Notes: generated by a model not told the origin, from the letters alone. Shown: positions 53,750-62,697, counted from the first letter of the stretch. The stretch is DNA of 64,000 nt from Patescibacteria group bacterium (GCA_040387635.1 JAZKDJ010000001.1:179851-243850), one strand, 5' to 3'. Numbers and translations are program-made.

Positions 53750-54520
53750 ATGATCGATAAATTTAAAAAGCTATTTGGTTCGCAGGCTGCAAATTATACA
53801 AAGTACAGAGAACCTTATCCAAGTGAGCTTTTTGATCTATTGATTGAGCAGATACCCGAAGGTAGTAATAATATTCTCGATATTGCATGCGGTACTGGAA
53901 AATCTACCGAACCTCTTGTTGATACTAATTTAAAAGTATTCGGAGTTGATCATGATCCACAGATGATTGAAGAGGCGCTAAAACAAGCTCAACTTAAAAA
54001 CCTTAGGGTCGATTATCAGGTTTCAAACGCTGAACATCTACCATTTCCGGATAATTATTTTGATGTAGTTACAGTAGGAACTGCTTTTCACTTTTTTGTG
54101 AATGAGGCTGCAATATCTGAAATCAAAAGAGTGCTTAAGCCAAAAGGACTTTTGTTTGTGTATTGGACACTAACAACAAAAGACATACCTGAACAAGATG
54201 AGATTCCGGGGACTATCTATAGGAAATACAACTGGATGAAAGTGCCTTCTGAACTTCGCGACCTTGCCCATATATCAGATTTTTTTAGCAAAGCTGACCT
54301 ACACAAAGTTTCTACAAAAAGAATACCGATCACTTTCAATACCACAGTTGAAGAGCGGGTTGGGCTTCAAACCACTTCCGGTACTTATGAACTTTTATCT
54401 GAGGAAGATAAGAAAAGCTTCTTATCTGAAGTAAAAGATGTACTGACTCAAAAATTGGGAGATCGTCCATACTTTACCCTAGAAGAAGAGATACAGGTTT
54501 GTTATGGATTTAAAGACTAA
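53750..54520 (+). CDS. Class I SAM-dependent methyltransferase (Methyltransf_11-like)
   Basis: It has ILDIACGTGKST and …DVVTVGTAFHFF. The start is moved to ATG 53750 because the upstream part of ORF 53627..54520 overlaps the tRNA. Confidence 0.82.
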   Translation: MIDKFKKLFGSQAANYTKYREPYPSELFDLLIEQIPEGSNNILDIACGTGKSTEPLVDTNLKVFGVDHDPQMIEEALKQAQLKNLRVDYQVSNAEHLPFPDNYFDVVTVGTAFHFFVNEAAISEIKRVLKPKGLLFVYWTLTTKDIPEQDEIPGTIYRKYNWMKVPSELRDLAHISDFFSKADLHKVSTKRIPITFNTTVEERVGLQTTSGTYELLSEEDKKSFLSEVKDVLTQKLGDRPYFTLEEEIQVCYGFKD

Positions 54521-55151
54521 TCCAAACTATCTACTTACCTCTTCTTCGCTCTCCAAAAAGTATAATAATGTGAAAAAGATTGCATACATAATTCCAGGAT
54601 ACAGCGAATCACATCTCCGACAGCGGGGTTATCACAAGGTTGCAAAATTTTTTGAGGAACGTGGAATTGAGCCGGTCCATGTAGATATTGAATGGAAAAA
54701 GAACAATCCTAAAAGATTCAGTGATTATACTGAGCAATTTCTGGAGATCTTTAAGAAACCAAAATGTACAGAAGTGTATGTTCTGGGATTTTCGTATGGA
54801 GCCACTACTGCTTTCCTCACTGCTTCAAAAACAAAGCCCAAGGCTCTTATCCTCTGCTCCCTCTCACCTTATTTCGAAGAGGACTTGATATATGTGAAGC
54901 CGTCTTGGGTTAGATGGTTTCGGAAGAACTTTGTAGAGAGTGATTATTCATTTACAAAGTTAGCCCCTAAGATCAAGACAAAAACCTATTTAATAGTTGG
55001 TCAAAAGGAAGATGAGTCTTGTTTACTCAGGGCAAAGGATGCAAAAAAGAGACTCTCAGACAGTCATTTAACTCTTGCAAAAGGTGCGGAACACAAGATT
55101 GGACAGAAGGAGTATTTGGAAACTGTTCGGAAGGTAATTTCAAAATTGTAG
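54504..55151 (+). CDS. Alpha/beta hydrolase fold protein
   Basis: It has the nucleophile elbow GFSYG and a C-terminal AEHKIG (His). It overlaps the previous gene by 17 nt. Confidence 0.55.
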   Translation: MDLKTNPNYLLTSSSLSKKYNNVKKIAYIIPGYSESHLRQRGYHKVAKFFEERGIEPVHVDIEWKKNNPKRFSDYTEQFLEIFKKPKCTEVYVLGFSYGATTAFLTASKTKPKALILCSLSPYFEEDLIYVKPSWVRWFRKNFVESDYSFTKLAPKIKTKTYLIVGQKEDESCLLRAKDAKKRLSDSHLTLAKGAEHKIGQKEYLETVRKVISKL

Positions 55152-55274
55152 TGGTTCCGAGGAAGTTAGCCAATAGGTACCAAGGTTATCACCCACGGGA
55201 CACATCGATAAATAGCATAGTTGCATTCTGAATAGGAGCTTAAGGAAAGCCGTCATTTTTGATAAAATAGTTCC

Positions 55275-55655
55275 ATGCCAATATCATCAAATAAGAAGGT
55301 GGAAACAGTATCTGAATATATTAATCAAGCACCGAAAGATGCACAAAAGAAATTACGAGAGATGCGAGCAATCTTGAAAAGCGTTTCTCCGAAAGCCATA
55401 GAAAGCATTAAATGGAGAGTGCCTGCTTTTTCATACGAAAGGATTTTGTACGCGTACGCTGGATTCAAACACCACATAGGCTTCTATCCAACTCCAGCCG
55501 CTATGAAAGCGTTTGAAAAAGATCTGGAGAAATATAAGACAGGAAAGGGATCAATCAATTTTCCGCTTGATAAACCATTACCAAAGATGCTCATTCAAAA
55601 GATAGCGAAGTTCAGGATAAAGGATCTCAAAGAGAATGATGCTAGGTGGATGTAG
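55275..55655 (+). CDS. DUF1801 (YdhG-like) domain protein
   Basis: The pattern VSEYINQAPKDAQKKLREMRAILKSVSPKAIESIKWRVPAF…HIGFYP is present. Confidence 0.65.
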   Translation: MPISSNKKVETVSEYINQAPKDAQKKLREMRAILKSVSPKAIESIKWRVPAFSYERILYAYAGFKHHIGFYPTPAAMKAFEKDLEKYKTGKGSINFPLDKPLPKMLIQKIAKFRIKDLKENDARWM

Positions 55656-55764
55656 TTTTTGATAGGCTTAAGACATGAAAAAATTCTTGGTAACATTTTA
55701 TGGAGACGCACCGTGAAATAGTTAAAAGCGTTCTAACTTCGTACAAACAGCCAGCACCTACCCC

Positions 55765-56307
55765 CTATTTCTTCCTCGCTTCAAAAACAAACCAATAGGA
55801 TTTTTCGGGATCTTTTGTCTCAACTTGAGTGGAAGGTCTTACTTCTACAAGTGTCACGAGGAGATTACCGATAGTAAGAGGTTCGTTAAGTTTGAATACA
55901 TTTTCTCCATGAGCAACCTTAGTCTCAACTATAACTTTTACCTCTACAGTATTAGATCCTTCGCACTGCGTACCTGGCGCACATCTAGTATCTAAAATAA
56001 CCTTCTGTGGTCTTAGAGTAAGATTCAAGCCTCCATCACGTCCTCCAAGATATGTTTCGATTCTTGCAAATGTTGCGTCTGGCGAAGGACAAGCTTGGAA
56101 TGTACATGTCGGTCCAGTACGTCCAACTGAAGATCCATCAGGACACATCATCGCATCTGCGTTACAAGCCCAAACCTGTTCTGTAGTGGTAGCAATTTCT
56201 GGCGTAGGATTAGACACACTTGTTCGACGCTCAGAGTTTAAATACGCGAGCCACATAACTACTCCGACAGCGACTATAAGTCCAGCAATAATGAGTATTC
56301 TTTTCAT
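55765..56307 (-). CDS. Membrane-anchored secreted protein of the DSRC-motif paralog family, with N-terminal Cys-rich module
   Basis: It has an N-terminal TM and CNADAMMCPDGSSVGRTGPTCTFQACP. The following …LRPQKVILDTRCAPGTQCEG…VTLVEVRP…YWFVFE aligns with 28107..28577 and 6891..7931. Confidence 0.6.
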   Translation of the reverse strand: MKRILIIAGLIVAVGVVMWLAYLNSERRTSVSNPTPEIATTTEQVWACNADAMMCPDGSSVGRTGPTCTFQACPSPDATFARIETYLGGRDGGLNLTLRPQKVILDTRCAPGTQCEGSNTVEVKVIVETKVAHGENVFKLNEPLTIGNLLVTLVEVRPSTQVETKDPEKSYWFVFEARKK

Positions 56308-56358
56308 ATAATCAGTATACCAGACGGGACCATGAACGTTGGGTCATATAACAAAAAA

Positions 56359-56388
56359 TTGCTCGGAGATGGTGTGTCTCCGAGCAAC
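56359..56388 (-). terminator. Intrinsic terminator after 56415..56867
   Basis: TTGCTCGGAGA…TCTCCGAGCAA forms an 11-bp stem followed by minus-strand TTTTTTG. Confidence 0.75.
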
Positions 56389-56414
56389 TTAGACATAGAA
56401 CTTGTTGGTTTTTG

Positions 56415-56867
56415 TTAACTCGGCAATTCGTCCCAGAATTGTTCGGCTCTGAGCCATCCGGCAATGAGCGATCCCTTGTTAGAGACCCCGAACTCGACCA
56501 CTCCGTCTTTCCGGCGAATACCGAGAATAGTCGCCATCACGACACCCATTGGAGTAAGGACGGGTGCCTCAGCCCCCTTCTCTGCAATGGCAACTCCACG
56601 AATGTTCCGCTCTTCGGTAGTAAAGTTTTCGAATGGTTCCGAAGTTTGGTCAACTTCTGGAGCAAACGACACTTTGTTCTGCTTGGCCAACTCTTCAGTA
56701 GTTAGCCTAATACATTCGACAGCTCCGCTATTGGTCGCCATGAGAGCGTTATAAAGAATGCGGATAACGGCCAATGAAGCTTCAGTATCCTTATCATCAC
56801 CCACCAACGGAACCAGAACCTCGAGCCTGTGCATGAGACTTACTCGGTCTATTGTAACCCTACTCAT
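56415..56867 (-). CDS. Hypothetical cytoplasmic protein (150 aa), GC-rich
   Basis: It is a clean ORF with its own terminator. I recognised no motif. A hand count gives about 54% GC at 56461-56560. Confidence 0.55.
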   Translation of the reverse strand: MSRVTIDRVSLMHRLEVLVPLVGDDKDTEASLAVIRILYNALMATNSGAVECIRLTTEELAKQNKVSFAPEVDQTSEPFENFTTEERNIRGVAIAEKGAEAPVLTPMGVVMATILGIRRKDGVVEFGVSNKGSLIAGWLRAEQFWDELPS

Positions 56868-56945
56868 ATAGATTGCTTTGTGCTTTTAACTAAACATGAT
56901 ACTACTCGTTCCACCAAGAAAATCAAACTTTGATATAATTACTTT

Positions 56946-57119
56946 ATGGAATCACGATCTAAAAAATTTGAAATAGCGATTGTTATTGCAGCCTTAATAA
57001 TACTTGTTGCTGTATGGGCAATAAATGGATTCGAAGACACTTGGATGTATCTAACTGCCTTCATCATTTTTATCCCAGCTTCATGGTTTTTCTTCAGCAA
57101 GAAAAATAAGGATCAGTAG
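56946..57119 (+). CDS. Small (57 aa) two-TM membrane protein, probably leaderless; not in the ORF track
   Basis: The extended -10 TGaTATAAT (56931-56939) ends 6 nt before ATG 56946. The translation is MESRSKKFEIAIVIAALIILVAVWAINGFEDTWMYLTAFIIFIPASWFFFSKKNKDQ. A hairpin terminator follows. Confidence 0.45.
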   Translation: MESRSKKFEIAIVIAALIILVAVWAINGFEDTWMYLTAFIIFIPASWFFFSKKNKDQ

Positions 57120-57123
57120 CTGA

Positions 57124-57165
57124 ACAAAAAAACAGGAGGCAGCATATAGCTCCTCCTGTTCGTTG
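57124..57165. terminator. Hairpin terminator between convergent genes
   Basis: AACAGGAGG…CCTCCTGTT forms a 9-bp outer stem plus 3 inner pairs, with an A-run upstream. Confidence 0.6.
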
Positions 57166-57205
57166 TTCTAAATTCCCTAGTGGTATATTCAACCTTCTTG
57201 TTCTG

Positions 57206-57838
57206 CTACCTTTCCCTTACCTGCTCGGGCACGACGCTCACCACGTAGTACTCATCGGCTTCGCCGTTAGTGAGTGGCGTTGGACAAATGATGGTCGCGA
57301 GCGCTGCTATGGAAGCACCACTCGTGCGCGCCGCCGAACAAAGAGCTTCGGTCTGGCCCGTGAGATCCAAGACATCGTCGAGCACAATGACAGATTTGCC
57401 TTTTACATGCTCAACAAGATTCTTGCCGACAGTGAACCGGCCTGAATTCAACCTGTCGAAGAGCACGAACCTGATCGGCTCCTGTTTACCCTGCTTGTTC
57501 GGGGTCTGCCGATACACTTCATTCAGTCTCGCCGTAAGGAGCTTTGCGAGATCGCTCTTTTCAGTCACACTGGATGCGACAACTGCGGTAATGGGCCGGA
57601 GGCACATTGCAGGATAAAGCCGGTAAGCAAGGTCGCAGACCAGAGCGTCGAGCGAAAGCTTGTGGCACTCTGGATAAAGAAACGCAGGTTCCACAGATTG
57701 GAACGTGCTACCTGTCAAAACTCCCATCCCCCTCATCAAAGCACAGGCCTTGTCAACGCCTAAGCAACCATTGTTTAACATAGATTGGTAATGTAGATCT
57801 ATGTACAGATTACTCGCAACCAGCGCTATGTCAACCAA
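57206..57838 (-). CDS. Phosphoribosyltransferase-fold protein, substrate unknown
   Basis: It has a PRPP-binding-like motif VIVLDDVLDLTGQT. The ORF-track start at 57838 is TTG. An alternative ATG at 57781 lies behind a TTGACA-N16-TAATCT promoter-like sequence (57834-57807, minus strand). Confidence 0.5.
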   Translation of the reverse strand: MVDIALVASNLYIDLHYQSMLNNGCLGVDKACALMRGMGVLTGSTFQSVEPAFLYPECHKLSLDALVCDLAYRLYPAMCLRPITAVVASSVTEKSDLAKLLTARLNEVYRQTPNKQGKQEPIRFVLFDRLNSGRFTVGKNLVEHVKGKSVIVLDDVLDLTGQTEALCSAARTSGASIAALATIICPTPLTNGEADEYYVVSVVPEQVRER

Positions 57839-57876
57839 AAGAAAAACAGGAGAAGCACCGATCGCCTCCCCTGTTT
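57836..57876 (-). terminator. Intrinsic terminator after the pyrE-like gene
   Basis: The minus-strand stem ACAGGGGA/TCTCCTGT contains a G-U pair that exists only in the minus-strand RNA. TTTTTCTTTT follows. Confidence 0.6.
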
Positions 57877-57898
57877 CTGTGTTTTAAAGTACTCGTAA

Positions 57899-58588
57899 CT
57901 ATGCCGCAGCCGTTTGACGTGCGAGGAATGCCGCGCCGTGACCCAGGTCAGTACGAACTGGGATTTGCTTGGCATCGCAGATTGGACATTTACCTTCCGC
58001 GAATTTGTCCATTTTAACATTGAGCAGAACTTCGAGATGTGGAACACCTATACCTTTAGCCGTGACTCCACCCCGATTGCAAAGAGCGGCAACAATGATT
58101 GGACAACCTCCGAATCGGCGTACAGCTTCGCATGTTGCTTCAGCGCTGCGACCTGAATTGAGAATGTCCTCAACAACAATGACATTCTTTCCACCTACAA
58201 TCTTGTCGTAGCCACGTCGTAGTTCGAACCTGTCACCTCCAGTCTTTTCTGCGTAAACTGAAGGAAAACAAGATCCGACAAGTTGAGTGAGCCAAAACGA
58301 AAGCCATGTCGAGAGGATTAGTCCTCCTTTTTCCGGCCCCACAATCACATAGGAAGTGGTTGGGCGTTGAGTAATTACGCCCACAACACGATGTGCCAAC
58401 TCATAACAAAGTTTGGAAACAGCAACAGAGTCAACGTATACTGCGTCCTTATTGATATAAGCAGGCCCGTGGTCGCCATGACCTTCTGGCTTCGAATACA
58501 CGAAGTGCGAATCAGCGATGACTGCCCGAGCGTCATCAAGAATCTGTCGGATTTTTGCTTCATCCAACCGTTCCATATTAATATTCAT
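57899..58588 (-). CDS. pyrE: Orotate phosphoribosyltransferase-like PRTase
   Basis: It has the PRPP motif VIVVEDILNSGRS and an OPRT-like layout (…YAEKTGG…ELRRG…). It sits immediately downstream of pyrF. The start at MNINMERL (58588) is preceded by AAGGAG. Confidence 0.6.
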   Translation of the reverse strand: MNINMERLDEAKIRQILDDARAVIADSHFVYSKPEGHGDHGPAYINKDAVYVDSVAVSKLCYELAHRVVGVITQRPTTSYVIVGPEKGGLILSTWLSFWLTQLVGSCFPSVYAEKTGGDRFELRRGYDKIVGGKNVIVVEDILNSGRSAEATCEAVRRFGGCPIIVAALCNRGGVTAKGIGVPHLEVLLNVKMDKFAEGKCPICDAKQIPVRTDLGHGAAFLARQTAAA

Positions 58589-58614
58589 AATTCTCCTTAT
58601 TTTGAGGTTGAGGT

Positions 58615-59370
58615 TTAGTTCTGACTCCACGCCTCATCGATCTCCGCGAGAATCCGACAAGCTGCGTTGAAAGGAGTTTTGATGTTCGTAGGCGGCGCAT
58701 AAACAGGCCGACCAACGACGAGGAAATTACTGCCAGCCTCGACAGCTTCCTGCACCGTCGTAGCACGCTTCTGATCATCAGGAGTCGCTGCCCATGGAGG
58801 GCGGATCGCCGGAGTAACCAGGATGAGAGTATCGGCGTAATCACCGAAATTGCGAAGAGAATTAACCTCTTGCGGGCTGCACACCATGCCTCGAATACCA
58901 TTCGAACATCCCAATCGTACGAGATCCATAACTTGTTCGATTGGGACCATAGGGTGTCCGGCCACCTTCCTGACGTTTACCTCAATAAGCGTCTTCGGGG
59001 TGCTGCTTGTAAGTACAGTCACACCAAGAAGAGTCATGCCGGGAAATTCGCTCGCAGCTTTCGCTGCCGCGGCAATCATTTCGCTTCCGCCGTCGAGATG
59101 GATGTTCACCATATCAACGCCGAGTTTACCCGCCGCCTTGATCGCGCGGCTAACAGTATTCGGAATGTCCTTGAATTTGAGGTCGAGAAAAACTTTGAAC
59201 CCCAGCGCTTTGGCGGATTTGATAACCTCGTGACCTTCAGCCACAAAAAGCTCCATACCCACTTTCAGCCACTCAACAGTTCCCCGAAGGTCTGTCATGA
59301 GGGTGAGGGCTTCATCGTGCGAACCAACATCGAGAGCCACAATCAATTGCGGCTTAGTCTTTGCTTTCAT
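58615..59370 (-). CDS. pyrF: Orotidine-5'-phosphate decarboxylase
   Basis: Motifs LIVALDV, LKVGMELF, FLDLKFKDIPNTV and VVGRPV are present. Confidence 0.9.
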   Translation of the reverse strand: MKAKTKPQLIVALDVGSHDEALTLMTDLRGTVEWLKVGMELFVAEGHEVIKSAKALGFKVFLDLKFKDIPNTVSRAIKAAGKLGVDMVNIHLDGGSEMIAAAAKAASEFPGMTLLGVTVLTSSTPKTLIEVNVRKVAGHPMVPIEQVMDLVRLGCSNGIRGMVCSPQEVNSLRNFGDYADTLILVTPAIRPPWAATPDDQKRATTVQEAVEAGSNFLVVGRPVYAPPTNIKTPFNAACRILAEIDEAWSQN

Positions 59371-59423
59371 AGTTGTTTCAATTTGCTTGTCTGTCTACAA
59401 GACTACCAATATTGACTGAGGTG

Positions 59424-59855
59424 TCAACAAACGATATCCCTAATGTTTTTTACACTCATCCAAGCCGCCATAGCCCCAAATCCCCTTTTGTTTATATTAA
59501 AAGGCTTTACTGGTTGAGGATTTTTGAGGAAAACGAGAATGCAGTATTTTTTGTCTTTCAGATCGTTATAAAAATTGGTGAGATCTTTTTTCTCAATACC
59601 GATACGAGAACCGTATGTGTGCAAAATTTCTTTTACTCTAGATGGAGTAAGATTTTCAAACTGGAGAACATTGTCAGTTGTTGCTTTAAGACCCACAGGC
59701 TTGCCCGAGTCTTTGAAAAATATCTTGTCACCTGCCTTCACCCTTCCCCACGGAGCACGCTTGGAGAGATACCAACGTGATTCGACGGTTTTGCGGCCGT
59801 CTTTGATTTTCTCAAGAAAGCCCCAGGAAGATTTCATTATAGCGACATGATTCAT
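59424..59855 (-). CDS. ASCH-domain (PUA-like fold) protein
   Basis: The pattern …AIMKSSWGFLEKIKDGRKTVESRWY…GDKIFF… is typical of ASCH domains. Confidence 0.65.
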   Translation of the reverse strand: MNHVAIMKSSWGFLEKIKDGRKTVESRWYLSKRAPWGRVKAGDKIFFKDSGKPVGLKATTDNVLQFENLTPSRVKEILHTYGSRIGIEKKDLTNFYNDLKDKKYCILVFLKNPQPVKPFNINKRGFGAMAAWMSVKNIRDIVC

Positions 59856-60002
59856 AGTGGCTCTAGTACATCATCCAAGCAACGAATCCGTACATCATTC
59901 CGAAAACTACAATAAGCATCAGTAAAATATCCTTTATGGCCATCGATTTTTGAATTCTGAATAAACTTTAGGGGTACATTATACCAAACCCCGCCAGTTT
60001 AT

Positions 60003-61682
60003 TTAAGACTTCTTGATGGCTGCTCGTAGGAATTCACTAAAAAGTGGATGCGGCGAAAGAGGACGTGCCAAGAATTCTGGATGGAACTGAGTACCCAGAA
60101 AGAATGGGTGCTTCTCTTGTGGTAGCTCGGCTATTTCCATAAGCTTGCCGTCAGGAGATGTTCCTGAGAAAACGAGGCCCGCCTTCTCGAGCTGTGGAAT
60201 ATACGCGTTGTTAACCTCGTATCGATGGCGATGTCGTTCGATAGCTGAGTCCTTACCATAGGCCTTGCGAGCTACTGTACCCTTCTTGAGCTCTGCCTGG
60301 TATGCTCCGAGTCTCATAGTTGCTCCGTAACGTCCCTGAGCGAGCATAGCCTTCTGTTCAAGCATGATGTCGATGAGTGGGTTCTTCGTCTTGGGATCAA
60401 TCTCAGTAGTCTGTGCATCCTTGAGACCACACACATTACGAGCATATTCGATAACCAAAAGCTGCATACCGTAGCAGAGGCCGAAATATGGAATCTTTTT
60501 CTCACGAGCGTATTTGATAACTGCGAGCTTACCCTCTATTCCCGACTCTCCGAAACCTCCAGGAACAATGATGCCGTCGAACTTTGAAAGTGCGCTCACT
60601 GCCATTTTGCCTGTCTCAAAATCTTTGGAGTTGATCCATGTAAGCTCAGCCCGAACTCCCTCTTGGTATGCAGAGTATTTGATCGCCTCAATCACTGACA
60701 AATACGAGTCAGCGAGAACGAAGTCTCCTGTGTCGAAATATTTACCGACAACAGCTACCTTTACGACTGGAGCCTTAGCTGAAGCTTTGCTTCGATCTAC
60801 GAATCGCTTCCAATCACCAATACCTGGAGCATTTCTTTTCTCTTTGAGTTTCAAAGAATTGAGAATGGTATCTCCGATCTTGTCGCGCTCGAAGTTGATA
60901 GGTACGTCATAGACACTGTCGATATCGGGAGCAGAGATAACATGATCAACTCTCACTGAACATGAGATGGCGATCTTTTCTTTTCGTTTGCTATCAAGCG
61001 GAGAACGGCTTCGGGCGATGATAATGTCAGGCTGCACTCCATAAGAGTTGAGCTGGCGTACGGCATTCTGAGTAGGTCGAGTCTTCATCTCACCGAGCGT
61101 GCTTGGCACTGGCAAGTAGCTCACCATAACGAAAATGACATCATCTGGATGTTTGATCTTCATTACTCGAGCCGCTTCAATGAATAGAATGTTTTGGTAG
61201 TCACCGATAGTTCCTCCGATCTCTACAATAGAGATCTCTGAGCCATGAGCTTTGGCAGCGGCCTCGAATCTGCTCGTTATCTCCTGAGTCACATGTGGAA
61301 TCGCTTCTACACATTTTCCTTTGTAGCCAAGATTCCTCTCACGATCAATAACTGTCTTATACACCATTCCTGATGTCATGTAGTCATGAGCCGATAGATC
61401 AATACCCATGAAGCGCTCGTAGTTACCCATATCCTGATCTGTCTCGAGTCCTGAATTGAGAACGAACACTTCACCGTGCTCGGTAGGATTCATAGTACCT
61501 GCATCCACATTAAGATAAGGGTCAACCTTGACCGGGTTGACCTTGTATCCTGTGGACTCCAAAATTTTTCCAATGGAGGCTGTTGCAATTCCCTTTCCTA
61601 CTCCCGACATCACTCCTCCGACGACAAAAATATACTTATGATTCGATGCGCGCGTCTTTGGTGTGCGTGTAGTGGTAGCCAT
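60003..61682 (-). CDS. pyrG: CTP synthase
   Basis: Motifs YIFVVGGVMSGVGKG, GGTIGDY, GLCYGMQ and HRHRYEVN are present. Confidence 0.95.
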   Translation of the reverse strand: MATTTRTPKTRASNHKYIFVVGGVMSGVGKGIATASIGKILESTGYKVNPVKVDPYLNVDAGTMNPTEHGEVFVLNSGLETDQDMGNYERFMGIDLSAHDYMTSGMVYKTVIDRERNLGYKGKCVEAIPHVTQEITSRFEAAAKAHGSEISIVEIGGTIGDYQNILFIEAARVMKIKHPDDVIFVMVSYLPVPSTLGEMKTRPTQNAVRQLNSYGVQPDIIIARSRSPLDSKRKEKIAISCSVRVDHVISAPDIDSVYDVPINFERDKIGDTILNSLKLKEKRNAPGIGDWKRFVDRSKASAKAPVVKVAVVGKYFDTGDFVLADSYLSVIEAIKYSAYQEGVRAELTWINSKDFETGKMAVSALSKFDGIIVPGGFGESGIEGKLAVIKYAREKKIPYFGLCYGMQLLVIEYARNVCGLKDAQTTEIDPKTKNPLIDIMLEQKAMLAQGRYGATMRLGAYQAELKKGTVARKAYGKDSAIERHRHRYEVNNAYIPQLEKAGLVFSGTSPDGKLMEIAELPQEKHPFFLGTQFHPEFLARPLSPHPLFSEFLRAAIKKS

Positions 61683-61759
61683 GGGGATAGAATAGCTTTT
61701 GTATGAAATTGTTTAATGTACCTCTATTGTAGATAGTTTAGAGGCGCACGTCTAGTTGA

Positions 61760-62683
61760 CTAAATCTTCAAATATCTTCGTACCGCTAAGTAGCTTGATA
61801 CTCCTCCGAGGATGACTCCTGCGGCAAGAATAACAATGAATATCTCTGAGAAGTTAGCTATATAGAACTGCATGAGGGTAAAATCCTTGGAGAAGTTGTC
61901 GGTAACTCGGGTGGCATAATACGCGATTGGATACATCACAATAAGCGAAATGATGCCTGATATTACTCCACACATAGCACCGCTGATAACAAAGGGTCCT
62001 CTGATCTGGAAGTTGCTTGCTCCCACGAGCTTCATGACAGAGATCTCATCTCGGCGGGTATACATAACCAGTCGTACTGTGTTAAGAGTAACTATGATAG
62101 CAACTCCAACAAGTACAATCACAATTCCGATACCTACACGTTCAATAGTTTTAAGTATAAGGCTTAGGCGGTCAATGATAAGGAGTTTCTTGTTGTCGCT
62201 CACCTTCTCCACAAGGGCTGAGCCGCTCTTCGAAAGAGCCTGAGGTCCCTGTAGGAATTTGATCACGCTTTCATAACGAGATGGATCTTTGGCTTTAATG
62301 TTAAATGACGCAGGTAGTGGGTTTTCTCCAACTTCCTCAAGACCTTGTAGGATAAGCGTATCGTTCTTGTGTTCTTCCTTAAATTGTTCAAGAGCCTTCT
62401 CTCGAGAAACATATTCAACAGTTGCGACCTCAGGAAGAGTTCCCAGAGTCTTCTGCAGTGCCAAAATTTCTTCCTCAGGAGCATTCAAGGCAAAGTATAC
62501 GTTCACGTCCACCTGACTTCGCACCTCATTGAGATATGCCGATGCCATTCCTGTTAAGAAAATAAGACCTCCGATCACAAGGAGTGACAATGTCAGCACG
62601 ACGATGGAAGAGAACGACAAGAAGCCGTTTCTCCAAAAACTAACGAACCCTCCCTTGATCATTCTTTTTGTGGTGATAAGCAT
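61760..62683 (-). CDS. ftsX: Cell-division ABC transporter permease FtsX
   Basis: It has four TM helices with a large first extracellular loop, the conserved MKLVGA segment, and lies directly downstream of ftsE. Confidence 0.85.
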   Translation of the reverse strand: MLITTKRMIKGGFVSFWRNGFLSFSSIVVLTLSLLVIGGLIFLTGMASAYLNEVRSQVDVNVYFALNAPEEEILALQKTLGTLPEVATVEYVSREKALEQFKEEHKNDTLILQGLEEVGENPLPASFNIKAKDPSRYESVIKFLQGPQALSKSGSALVEKVSDNKKLLIIDRLSLILKTIERVGIGIVIVLVGVAIIVTLNTVRLVMYTRRDEISVMKLVGASNFQIRGPFVISGAMCGVISGIISLIVMYPIAYYATRVTDNFSKDFTLMQFYIANFSEIFIVILAAGVILGGVSSYLAVRRYLKI

Positions 62684-62697
62684 GCGAAATTTAAGAG

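Noticed and set aside
53560-53751. ORF 53560-53751 (minus strand) and the first 41 codons of ORF 53627-54520 (plus strand)
   Set aside because: Both overlap a well-formed tRNA-Gln cloverleaf. The peptide GLGIEPKFS is the typical translation of a tRNA T-arm read antisense.
59863-59943. 26-codon hydrophobic ORF (MAIKDILLMLIVVFGMMYGFVAWMMY) ending 7 nt upstream of the ASCH gene
   Set aside because: It has no Shine-Dalgarno sequence or promoter signal and is too short to evaluate by eye. It could be a real mini-protein or upstream ORF, but the evidence is insufficient.
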